Source: Candidatus Omnitrophota bacterium
Lineage (GTDB): Bacteria > Omnitrophota > Gorgyraeia > Duberdicusellales > 4484-171
Assembly (NCBI GenBank): GCA_017994375.1
Contig: JAGOLA010000001.1
Coordinates: 1-47,690 of the forward strand
Direction of reading: 5' to 3'
DNA length: 47,690 nt
Shown: piece after piece, positions 11,923 to 19,329 of the stretch
How the letters are laid out: every line of letters starts with the position of its first letter
Position numbering within the stretch: the stretch's first letter is position 1
Made by a program: the position numbers and the translations under genes
The notes under the pieces: model-generated
What the model saw: only the letters and a program-made list of their open reading frames with translations
The model's database searches: none
What the model was told of the DNA's origin: nothing

Positions 11923-11948
11923 GCTATAAAAACAATAAAATAGCAAAA

Positions 11949-12761
11949 ATGGGTAAAATCATCGGTATTTGTAATCAAAAAGGTGGAACTGGGAAAACTA
12001 CTACTGCGATTAATTTAAGTTCTTATCTAGGGTTAGCCAGCAAAAAAACTCTTCTTATCGATATGGATCCACAAGGAAATGCTACTTCAGGGGTAGGATT
12101 TGACGCCGCTGAGAAAAACTCTATTTATGACATTATTAGCGGTAAAGCTGGTTTAACCGATAGTCTTTATCCTACTCTTTGGCCTAATTTAAGTATCATT
12201 CCTTCCAATATTTCTTTAACCGGTGGTGAAGTAGAATTAGTTAATATTGAGAACCGGGAATTAAAGTTAAGAGAAGAATTAATAAAAATAAAAAGCGATT
12301 TTGATTATATTATTATTGATGCTCCGCCATCCTTAGGCCTCTTAACCCTAAATGTTTTAGCAGCATCAGATAGTTTAATTATTCCGATTCAATGTGAATA
12401 TTATGCCTTGGAGGGAGTATCAAAATTAGTTAATACTATCGAATTAGTGGGAGAGAGACTAAATCCCTCTTTAGATATTGAGAGAGTTTTGCTTACTATG
12501 GCTGATTTTCGTACCCGCTTAACCCTACAGGTAGTTGAAGAAGTACGTAAATTTTTCCAGAAAAAAACTTTTAATATCGTTATTCCGCGTAATGTTAAGT
12601 TAGCTGAAGCGCCTAGTTTTGGCAAGCCAATATATTTTTATGACCGTACTTGTATTGGGGCTATGGCTTATTTAACTTTGACTCAAGAATTGTTAGGGCA
12701 AGAAATTATCTTGAAGCAGGATTTATTAAACGATGCTGCATTGGCAGTTAAAAAGCCATAG
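11949..12761 (+). CDS. parA: chromosome partitioning ATPase ParA/Soj
   Basis: Deviant Walker A ICNQKGGTGKTTTAINL, Walker B IIIDAPPSLG. Adjacent to parB and the parS-like sites. Confidence 0.93.
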   Translation: MGKIIGICNQKGGTGKTTTAINLSSYLGLASKKTLLIDMDPQGNATSGVGFDAAEKNSIYDIISGKAGLTDSLYPTLWPNLSIIPSNISLTGGEVELVNIENRELKLREELIKIKSDFDYIIIDAPPSLGLLTLNVLAASDSLIIPIQCEYYALEGVSKLVNTIELVGERLNPSLDIERVLLTMADFRTRLTLQVVEEVRKFFQKKTFNIVIPRNVKLAEAPSFGKPIYFYDRTCIGAMAYLTLTQELLGQEIILKQDLLNDAALAVKKP

Positions 12762-12799
12762 AAATTTAAAAGATAAAATTTTCATTTAGGAGGTTAATA

Positions 12800-13633
12800 A
12801 TGGAAAGAAAAGTTTTAGGCAAAGGTTTAGAAGCACTTATACCTAAAAAGACCACAGCAGTTTTGCCTCGGGAGTTTACTTACTTGGCTTTAGATAAAAT
12901 TCGTCCGGCTAAAAACCAACCGCGTCAGGAAATAAACTCTAAAGAATTGGAGGAGTTAGCCCAGTCGATAAAAGAAAAAGGTTTTATCCAGCCAATAGTA
13001 GTCAGACCTAGCGGTAGCAGCCCTGATAATTACGAAGTCGTAGCTGGCGAAAGAAGATACCAAGCTTCTAAGTCCTTGGGGCTCAAAGAGATACCAACAA
13101 TCATTAAAGATTTAAACGATAAAGACGCTTTTGTGCTAGCTATCATTGAGAATCTGCAGCGCAAAGATTTAAATCCCATAGAAGAAGCCCAAGCTTTTAA
13201 GAGGTTAATTGATGAATTAAAGTTTACCTTAGAAGATATAGCCCAATTTGTCGGTAAAGATAAAAGCACAGTAGTTAATACCTTGCGTTTATTAAAGTTA
13301 CCGGAAAAAATCAGAAGGGCTTTGCAGGAAGGTTTAATTAGCCGTACCCAAGCCAGAACAATATTGAGCGCCGAAAGATTAGAAGCCCAGGAAAAACTTT
13401 TTTACCAGATTTTGCAAGAAGGCCTTTCGGTGAGGGAAATAGAGAAGAAAGCCAGGGCAGTATCACGCAAGAAAAAAACTATTGATCCTTTTGTACTAGA
13501 AATCGAAGAAAGGCTACAGAAAATCTTAGGTACGAAGGCAAAAATTTATCATAAGCGTAGTAACCGCGGTAAAATAATAATAGAGTATTACACTTTAGAC
13601 GATTTAGAAAGAATAATAAAGAAATTTAGATAA
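12800..13633 (+). CDS. parB: chromosome partitioning protein ParB/Spo0J
   Basis: ParB N-domain box GERRYQASKSLG, ENLQR(K)DLNPIEEA, and HTH segment. A strong GGAGG RBS lies 6 nt upstream of the ATG. Confidence 0.93.
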   Translation: MERKVLGKGLEALIPKKTTAVLPREFTYLALDKIRPAKNQPRQEINSKELEELAQSIKEKGFIQPIVVRPSGSSPDNYEVVAGERRYQASKSLGLKEIPTIIKDLNDKDAFVLAIIENLQRKDLNPIEEAQAFKRLIDELKFTLEDIAQFVGKDKSTVVNTLRLLKLPEKIRRALQEGLISRTQARTILSAERLEAQEKLFYQILQEGLSVREIEKKARAVSRKKKTIDPFVLEIEERLQKILGTKAKIYHKRSNRGKIIIEYYTLDDLERIIKKFR

Positions 13634-13660
13634 ATTTCCGATTGTCATTTAAAAAGTTCT

Positions 13661-14446
13661 GTGGAAGCAATTTGTTTTCTTTTTCATGACGTTAAGGGAG
13701 AAAATTTAACCAACTCCAGCGGGTTTGATGGGCCGGGTTCGATTAAGTATAAATTAAGCCTGTTAGAATTTAAAGAGCATTTGAGAGCAATTTCCCAAAC
13801 TGCTAAAATTAGGCCCGCCAGTATATATAATCTCCTGGGGGATAAGATACTAAATCCGACCTTTTTACTTACATTTGACGACGGAGGCCTAAGCAGTTAT
13901 ACTATAATCGCTGATTTATTAGCGGAATTAAATTGGGTCGGCCATTTCTTTATTACTACTGATTATATCAATAAGCCTTCTTTTATGAATGGCCACCAAA
14001 TCCGGGCTTTACGTAGTAAAGGCCATATCGTCGGTACTCATTCTTTGTCACATCCCGAGAGGATGTCTAGTTTGAGCTACGCAGAATTAATAAGCCAGTG
14101 GAACAAAAGTAAAGAAGTTTTGTCGGATGTTCTAGGAGAACCGGTAGAAATTGCTTCGGTGCCGGGAGGATACTATTCTAAAAAGGTGGCTCAAGCTGCC
14201 AGCGCTTGCGGGATTAAAGCCTTGTTTACTTCCGAACCGGTTCGAAAAGGCGTATATGTCGATAATTGTTTAGTTTTAGGCCGTTATAGCATAACCAAAA
14301 ATATGCCAGCCGAAACCAGCGCAGCTTTGATAAAAGGTTTTTTATGGCCGAGGTTTAAGCAATTTGCTTCTTGGAACACAAAAAAAATTTTTAAAATATT
14401 AAGTGGCAGATTTTACTTAAAATTACGGAATTTTTTAGTAAAATAG
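13661..14446 (+). CDS. polysaccharide deacetylase (NodB-homology) family protein
   Basis: LLTFDDGGLSSY (the TFDD metal/catalytic motif) and GTHSLSHP (His motif). GTG start as in the ORF track, so the start is uncertain. Confidence 0.7.
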   Translation: MEAICFLFHDVKGENLTNSSGFDGPGSIKYKLSLLEFKEHLRAISQTAKIRPASIYNLLGDKILNPTFLLTFDDGGLSSYTIIADLLAELNWVGHFFITTDYINKPSFMNGHQIRALRSKGHIVGTHSLSHPERMSSLSYAELISQWNKSKEVLSDVLGEPVEIASVPGGYYSKKVAQAASACGIKALFTSEPVRKGVYVDNCLVLGRYSITKNMPAETSAALIKGFLWPRFKQFASWNTKKIFKILSGRFYLKLRNFLVK

Positions 14447-14476
14447 AAAGCATCATAAAAGATACGGAGGTAAGAA

Positions 14477-14983
14477 ATGAAAGAGCAAGCTACTTTAGTT
14501 ATTATTAAGCCCGATGGCTTAAGAAAGTCTCTTACCGGAAATATATTAAGCCGGCTTGCGGAGACAAAGCTAAAAATAATTGCAGCCAAAGTTCTTAGTG
14601 TTAACGCGGCTTTAGCCAGCAAGCATTACGAACATTTAAAAGATAAACCTTTTTTCCCTCAGTTGCAAAAGTATATTACCGGTCAGCTGCATGGGGAAAA
14701 CAGAGTGATGGCGCTAGTTTATTGGGGGGAAGACGCTATTAATAAAGTGCGTAAAATTTCCGGGGCTACCAATCCTGAAGAGGCTGATCCGGTGAGCATA
14801 CGTGGAGCTTACGGCCGCATTTTAACTGCCGGGTTATTTGAAAATGTCGTCCATGCTTCCAGCAATCCCGAAGAGTCCGAACGCGAGATAAAACTTTGGT
14901 TCGAGCCTGAAGAGATAGTTTATGATTTATATCCCACCGAAGAGACAGTTTTAAATAACATAAAAAAACGGAGATGGAAATGA
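14477..14983 (+). CDS. ndk: nucleoside-diphosphate kinase
   Basis: ATLVIIKPDG, RGAYG, and active-site NVVHASS followed by ESEREIKLWF. About 20 aa longer at the C-terminus than typical Ndk. Confidence 0.85.
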   Translation: MKEQATLVIIKPDGLRKSLTGNILSRLAETKLKIIAAKVLSVNAALASKHYEHLKDKPFFPQLQKYITGQLHGENRVMALVYWGEDAINKVRKISGATNPEEADPVSIRGAYGRILTAGLFENVVHASSNPEESEREIKLWFEPEEIVYDLYPTEETVLNNIKKRRWK

Positions 14984-15759
14984 GGTCAATGACAGCATAT
15001 GCTTCTTGCGATAAAAATAAAAGTTCGCATACCGTTCAAGTCATAATCAGGTCGTTTAACCATAAATATCTGGACGTTTATACCAACAGCTTTTCTCCCG
15101 ATGATATTTTGTTGGAGGAGCTGGCAAAACGGGAAATTAAGAAGAAGATTTACCGCGGGAAAGTAGAAGTTTTTATCTTTTCTTCCAAGCCGTCGGTGGG
15201 AGAAATTTATGTTGATGAAAAGATAGCCGGAAGATATATTTCCCAAATAAAGGCCTTGGCTAAAAAATATAAAGTAAAAGCCGATATAAATATGAGCGAT
15301 ATTTTAAGCCTGCCGCAAGTAGTATCTTGCCAGAAAATCGACAAGGGCCGCCGGGCCTTTATCCTTTCGGTATTAAGGCAAGCTTTAGATAAATTAATAA
15401 AATTTAAAGAAAAAGAAGGAATGGCAATAAAGAGAGAAATTTTAAAGAATTTATCAAGGATACAAAATAATATAAACGAGATCAAACAAAAAACTCTCGA
15501 GATCAGTCGTACCGAGAACGATAAAGAAGATATTGCCGAAGAAATTTCTTTAAGCTCTTTTTATCTTAAGAAGTTAGAAAAGAAGATAAATGTTAACTCG
15601 CCTACAAAAGGTAAGGCTATAGATTTTTTAACCCAAGAAATTTTAAGAGAACTTAACGCTGCCTCCAGCAAGACAAAAAAAAGAATCCCGGCGTTGCTGT
15701 TAGTAGAAACAAAAAATTATTTAGATAGAATCCGGGAACAGGCGCAGAATATCGAATGA
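14980..15759 (+). CDS. yicC: YicC-family stress-induced protein / endoribonuclease
   Basis: N-terminal MRSMTAYA, C-terminal AIDFLTQEILRELNAASSK ... REQAQNIE (YicC N- and C-terminal signatures). Start chosen at ATG 14980, forming an ATGA overlap with the ndk stop. The conserved yicC-gmk-rpoZ order follows. Confidence 0.85.
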   Translation: MRSMTAYASCDKNKSSHTVQVIIRSFNHKYLDVYTNSFSPDDILLEELAKREIKKKIYRGKVEVFIFSSKPSVGEIYVDEKIAGRYISQIKALAKKYKVKADINMSDILSLPQVVSCQKIDKGRRAFILSVLRQALDKLIKFKEKEGMAIKREILKNLSRIQNNINEIKQKTLEISRTENDKEDIAEEISLSSFYLKKLEKKINVNSPTKGKAIDFLTQEILRELNAASSKTKKRIPALLLVETKNYLDRIREQAQNIE

Positions 15760-16325
15760 AAAAAACCGGCGTTTTTATTTTTTCCGGCCCCGGTGGCGTA
15801 GGTAAAACCACTCTGGTAAAAAAACTCTTCGAAAAAAACAATATTCGCCAGCTCTTTATGCAAGGCATAAGCGTAACAACCCGTTTGAAAAGACCACTGG
15901 AGAAAGAAGGAGTCGATTATTTTTTTGTCAATAAAGAAGAATTTTTAAATCTAATAAAGAAAAATTTCTTTTTAGAATATCAACAGGTGTTAGACGATTA
16001 TTACGGAACTCCGAAGTTATTTTTTAATTTAGCTAAAATTAAAAATAAAGGTTTAGTTCTATGCATAGATGTTAAGGGAGGAATGTATTTGAAAAAAAAT
16101 TTAAAAGCTGCTAAAATAACCACTATTTTTATAACAGCTCCTAACCAAAAAGAACTTTATCAACGTATGCAAAAAAGGATAGAAGAACATAAAATCATAA
16201 AAAAGAGGGTTAGCTTGGCGAAAAAGGAGTTGCAATTTTCTAAATATTATGATTATTTAGTAGTAAACAAAAATCTTGAATCCGCCGCGCAAGAATTAGA
16301 GCGGATAATCTTATCCAACCAGTAA
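15756..16325 (+). CDS. gmk: guanylate kinase
   Basis: P-loop FSGPGGVGKTTL. ATGA overlap with yicC. Followed by rpoZ. Confidence 0.88.
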   Translation: MKKTGVFIFSGPGGVGKTTLVKKLFEKNNIRQLFMQGISVTTRLKRPLEKEGVDYFFVNKEEFLNLIKKNFFLEYQQVLDDYYGTPKLFFNLAKIKNKGLVLCIDVKGGMYLKKNLKAAKITTIFITAPNQKELYQRMQKRIEEHKIIKKRVSLAKKELQFSKYYDYLVVNKNLESAAQELERIILSNQ

Positions 16326-16331
16326 TAAAAA

Positions 16332-16544
16332 TTGGAGGAGTTGATGGGAGAAATAGTTTCTTTAGAGAAGCTTTTGACAAAAGTAAGTGAAAGTTCGATT
16401 TATAAATTAGCTGTTTTAGCGGCCAAACGAGCAATTATTTTGGCTGATGGCGAAAAACCTTTAATAGATAAACCTAGCGGGAAAGCTTTGGATAATGCCT
16501 TGCGGGAAATCCAGGAAGGTAAAATAAGGATAAAACAGAGCTAA
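16332..16544 (+). CDS. rpoZ: DNA-directed RNA polymerase subunit omega
   Basis: 70 aa, with SIYKLAVLAAKRAIIL resembling the omega helix motif. Canonical position downstream of gmk. Confidence 0.8.
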   Translation: MEELMGEIVSLEKLLTKVSESSIYKLAVLAAKRAIILADGEKPLIDKPSGKALDNALREIQEGKIRIKQS

Positions 16545-16611
16545 TAGTCTTAATATTTTTTGTTCATTGACAAGATTTTTAAAACCAATAGTTAATCTTG
16601 CTAAGTAATTT

Positions 16612-16683
16612 GGCGGCGTACCCAAGTGGAAAGGGAGAGGTCTGCAAAACCTTTATGCAGCGGTTCAAATCCGCTCGCCGCCT
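16612..16683 (+). tRNA. tRNA-Cys (anticodon GCA)
   Basis: GGCGGCG-UA-CCC..GGG-A-GAGGU-CUGCAAA-ACCUU-UAUGC-AGCGG-UUCAAAU-CCGCU-CGCCGCC-U. It closely resembles Bacillus-type tRNA-Cys. Confidence 0.9.
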
Positions 16684-16744
16684 TAATAAAAGTATTAAGT
16701 TTAGAGTTAGTAGTTCGTAGATGTAAACTAATATGCCGGGGTGT

Positions 16745-16829
16745 TGGAATGGCAGACAAAGCAGACTTAAAATCTGCTGTTTCGTAAGAAGCGTGCGGGT
16801 TCAAGTCCCGCCCCCGGCATTTAATGAGA
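16745..16829 (+). tRNA. tRNA-Leu (anticodon UAA), class II with long variable arm
   Basis: Acceptor GCCGGGG/CCCCGGC, anticodon arm GCAGA-CUUAAAA-UCUGC, long variable arm, T arm GCGGG-UUCAAGU-CCCGC. Confidence 0.9.
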
Positions 16830-17003
16830 CTTGGGCTTTTGCAAGTTTAACCACAGCAAAAGCCCTTAGTCGAATTAATCCTGAGCGAAGCGAAGGATCT
16901 TAATTAATAAAGTAATTTTATTTTTAATCTTAAGGTGCTTCGGTGACGTCACCTCAGCACCGATGAAAAATAAAGAATAACCCTATATAATTACTTTTTC
17001 ATC

Positions 17004-17077
17004 GGGCGATTAGCTCAGTTGGCTAGAGTACTTCCTTGACATGGAAGGGGTCACAGGTTCAAGTCCTGTATCGCCCA
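17004..17077 (+). tRNA. tRNA-Val (anticodon GAC)
   Basis: GGGCGAU-UA-GCUC..GAGU-A-CUUCC-UUGACAU-GGAAG-GGGUC-ACAGG-UUCAAGU-CCUGU-AUCGCCC-A. Confidence 0.9.
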
Positions 17078-17085
17078 TGGTCTTA
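17060..17085 (+). repeat. direct repeat copy 1 (3' end of tRNA-Val plus 8 nt of flank)
   Basis: CAAGTCCTGTATCGCCCATGGTCTTA, identical to 17196-17221. Confidence 0.9.
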
Positions 17086-17195
17086 TGTAGTTACAAGGCG
17101 ATGTGACCTTATAAAAGTAAGAGGTTTTCTGAAAATATTTCTTGTATCAAATAATTACACCTTCGGTGTTCTTCGACTACGTCGAAGATTTGATG

Positions 17196-17221
17196 CAAGT
17201 CCTGTATCGCCCATGGTCTTA
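17196..17221 (+). repeat. direct repeat copy 2 (orphan tRNA-Val 3' fragment, att-like)
   Basis: CAAGTCCTGTATCGCCCATGGTCTTA, identical to 17060-17085 and offset by 136 bp. No complete tRNA can be folded around it. Confidence 0.9.
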
Positions 17222-17259
17222 GATGATAAAGTTTAGCGGATACCGAGTTGTTTTTATAT

Positions 17260-17287
17260 TTGACTTTCGTTAAAATTAATTTACAAT
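17260..17287 (+). promoter_or_regulatory. sigma70-like promoter candidate for tRNA-Asp
   Basis: TTGACT (17260-17265), 16-nt spacer, TACAAT (17282-17287), about 48 nt upstream of the tRNA-Asp 5' end. Confidence 0.35.
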
Positions 17288-17335
17288 AACTTTTCATTTT
17301 CTATACGCTGGACGCTATTTGCTATACGCTATAAC

Positions 17336-17411
17336 GGGGCCGTCGATTAGTCCGGTTTAAGTCCCTTGACTGTCGATCAAGTGACCGTGGGTTCAAATCC
17401 CATCGGCCCCG
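17336..17411 (+). tRNA. tRNA-Asp (anticodon GUC)
   Basis: GGGGCCG-UC-GAUU..AGUC-C-CUUGA-CUGUCGA-UCAAG-UGACC-GUGGG-UUCAAAU-CCCAU-CGGCCCC-G. Confidence 0.88.
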
Positions 17412-17559
17412 TAGTCTTCTTTATGCTGTAGAGGCATAACTTCCAAAACAAAGCCCATCGTCATACCAAAGCCTAATACCTGGTTTTGTAATAATAAAAC
17501 TCTACCGCTAAATAAGGTAATGGTATAATAATAAAAGCTTTACTTTAGCACCAATATTT

Positions 17560-18279
17560 ATGAAAGAAATAAGTAAACTTTATTGGTTTATAAAAAACCT
17601 CTTTCGCTACGCCTTAGTAAATAAAATTCCTCGAAGTTGGGATTTCCAAGGCCCTGAAGATTACTGGAAAAAGATGATACAAGAAGGCGTAAGAGTAGAT
17701 ATTTCCTATCCAAGAATAGTAGAAATATCAGAGCAAATCATAAAAGATAAAAGCCGCGTTTTAGATGTTGGCTGCGGAAGTGGCGCCTTTTTAAAAGCTT
17801 TGAAAAGGAATAAAGATATTTTAGGATTAGGTATTGATTCATCTATCACAGCTATTACTATAGCAAAGAATAATGGCGTCAACGCCAGAATTTTTGACTT
17901 TCTTGCCGGAAACCTCAAAGAACTCGGAGAATTTGATTATGTTACTTGTTTTGAAGTGTTAGAGCATATCCAAAATGCCGAGTATTTCATAAAAAGATTA
18001 GTATCAACTTTTGATAAGGCCCAATTCATTTTCTCTATTCCTAATACTGGCTTTATTTATCACAGGATAAGACTTCTTTTAGGTTGTTTTCCTAAGCAGT
18101 GGGTTATCCACCCTGCCGAGCACATCCGTTTCTGGACCAAAAAAGATTTTAAATTAGTTTTAGAAAATTTAGGATTACAAATTATTAAAATCTATGCTGC
18201 CAGTACCCCAATCTTTTTAAGTAGGAAATATCCCGGACTTTTTTCGGAAAGTCTTATTTTCCATCTCAAGAATTTATAA
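17560..18279 (+). CDS. class I SAM-dependent methyltransferase
   Basis: Motif I VLDVGCGSGAFL and the post-I/II pattern YVTCFEVLEHI. An extended -10-like TGGTATAAT lies at 17521-17529. Confidence 0.75.
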   Translation: MKEISKLYWFIKNLFRYALVNKIPRSWDFQGPEDYWKKMIQEGVRVDISYPRIVEISEQIIKDKSRVLDVGCGSGAFLKALKRNKDILGLGIDSSITAITIAKNNGVNARIFDFLAGNLKELGEFDYVTCFEVLEHIQNAEYFIKRLVSTFDKAQFIFSIPNTGFIYHRIRLLLGCFPKQWVIHPAEHIRFWTKKDFKLVLENLGLQIIKIYAASTPIFLSRKYPGLFSESLIFHLKNL

Positions 18280-18351
18280 AAGGAGCTTTTATCTATCTTG
18301 GATGGGTGTATAATGTTTTATAGAGGTAAATAAAGAAGGAGGGGGGTAGTG

Positions 18352-18795
18352 ATGAAGAAATTTTTATTAGTAATCGGGTTAACGATAGGATTTGTGGCTT
18401 TTGTTTATGCTCAAAATAGCTCTCAAGTTGCCGAACAGGTAGCTACGGAACTACAAAATTCCGGAGTAATTGCTGCCGTAGATGCTGCTAGAATAAAGTC
18501 ATCAGTTAAGACGTTAGTCGATAGCGGCGCAACTAAGGATGAAGCCAAAAATATTGTTGCTCAGGCAGCCCGCCAGGCTAAAATGCAAGGTTTAAAAGGT
18601 AAAGAGTTAGCCGCCCGCGTCCAAGAAGCAGTAAAGACGCGTAAAGCACAATTTGAAGAGGCGAAAAAAATGTTAAAAGAGGACGCCAAGAAGAGAGAAA
18701 AGGAAGTTAAGCAAAAAATGAAAAAAGAGAGCAAACAGCTGAGAGAAAAAACTAGCAAGACAACCAGAGGTTTGAATAAAAGATTGGTAAAATAA
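18352..18795 (+). CDS. secreted Lys/Ala/Glu-rich helical protein, unknown function
   Basis: Signal peptide MKKFLLVIGLTIGFVAFVYA|QN, then low-complexity charged helical sequence. GGAGG RBS at 18338-18342. An alternative GTG start lies at 18349. Confidence 0.55.
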   Translation: MKKFLLVIGLTIGFVAFVYAQNSSQVAEQVATELQNSGVIAAVDAARIKSSVKTLVDSGATKDEAKNIVAQAARQAKMQGLKGKELAARVQEAVKTRKAQFEEAKKMLKEDAKKREKEVKQKMKKESKQLREKTSKTTRGLNKRLVK

Positions 18796-18848
18796 ATTAA
18801 TTTTTAAAAATAAAACACATCGGCCGAGACATACTTTTAGATAGAATC

Positions 18849-18877
18849 AATAGGCTACTCTGCGGGGGTAGCCTATT
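18849..18877 (+). terminator. hairpin, weak intrinsic terminator candidate
   Basis: AATAGGCTAC (18849-18858), 9-nt loop, GTAGCCTATT (18868-18877). Only a short T-run follows, so confidence is low. Confidence 0.3.
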
Positions 18878-19001
18878 TAGGGTAAATCCAGCCTACCTCA
18901 CAAGATCACACTACCGATAACTATTTTAAACTTATCAATAATTAGTAATTATTAGCAATTAATACTTAAATAAGCTTTTTTTTAATTCCTGCTATTATTT
19001 A

Positions 19002-19030
19002 TTGATTTTTTTATTGAGATATGGTAAATT
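19002..19030 (+). promoter_or_regulatory. sigma70-like promoter candidate for the HTH gene
   Basis: TTGATT (19002-19007), 17-nt spacer, TAAATT (19025-19030). GGAGG (19041-19045) follows, 5 nt before ATG 19051. Confidence 0.4.
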
Positions 19031-19050
19031 TAGTATTAGCGGAGGAAATT

Positions 19051-19278
19051 ATGAAGCGAAAAAAAAGCCCTAATAAAAATGCCTTTCGCTCCCAGATCAT
19101 GACCCCTAAAGAAGCAGCTAGCTATCTAGGTCTACACCCCATAACAATTTACCGTTTGGTAAAAAAGGGAGGGGTGCCGGGATTCAAAGTAGGCGGTCAA
19201 TGGCGCTTTAAAAAAGATCTTCTTGACGAGTGGATTGTAAAAAAGACCAACAGCGACAGCAAACAACAATCTCTCTAG
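19051..19278 (+). CDS. excisionase-family (MerR-superfamily) helix-turn-helix DNA-binding protein
   Basis: MTPKEAASYLGLHPITIYRLVKKGGVPGFKVGGQWRFKKDLLDEWI matches the excisionase-type HTH pattern. Start moved to ATG 19051 (GGAGG RBS), since the track start 19021 lies inside the predicted promoter. Confidence 0.75.
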   Translation: MKRKKSPNKNAFRSQIMTPKEAASYLGLHPITIYRLVKKGGVPGFKVGGQWRFKKDLLDEWIVKKTNSDSKQQSL

Positions 19279-19329
19279 TAGAAGGTCGGTTTATCGTTAA
19301 AGTATTTTAAAAAGCCGAAAAATAATAAT

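Noticed and set aside
17096-17213. A possible second, insertion-containing tRNA-Val-like gene. AGGCGAT at 17096-17102 could pair with the duplicated ATCGCCC 3' strand.
   Set aside because: No D-arm, anticodon arm or 5' T-stem strand (ACAGG) can be formed, and the first acceptor pair is mismatched. It is better explained as an orphan 3' fragment (att-like repeat).
16601-17297. ORF-track entries 16601-16804 (-), 17036-17236 (+) and 17109-17297 (-).
   Set aside because: They overlap tRNA-Cys, tRNA-Leu and tRNA-Val or the repeat-bearing spacer. They have no RBS and low-complexity or odd composition, so they are spurious frames over RNA genes.
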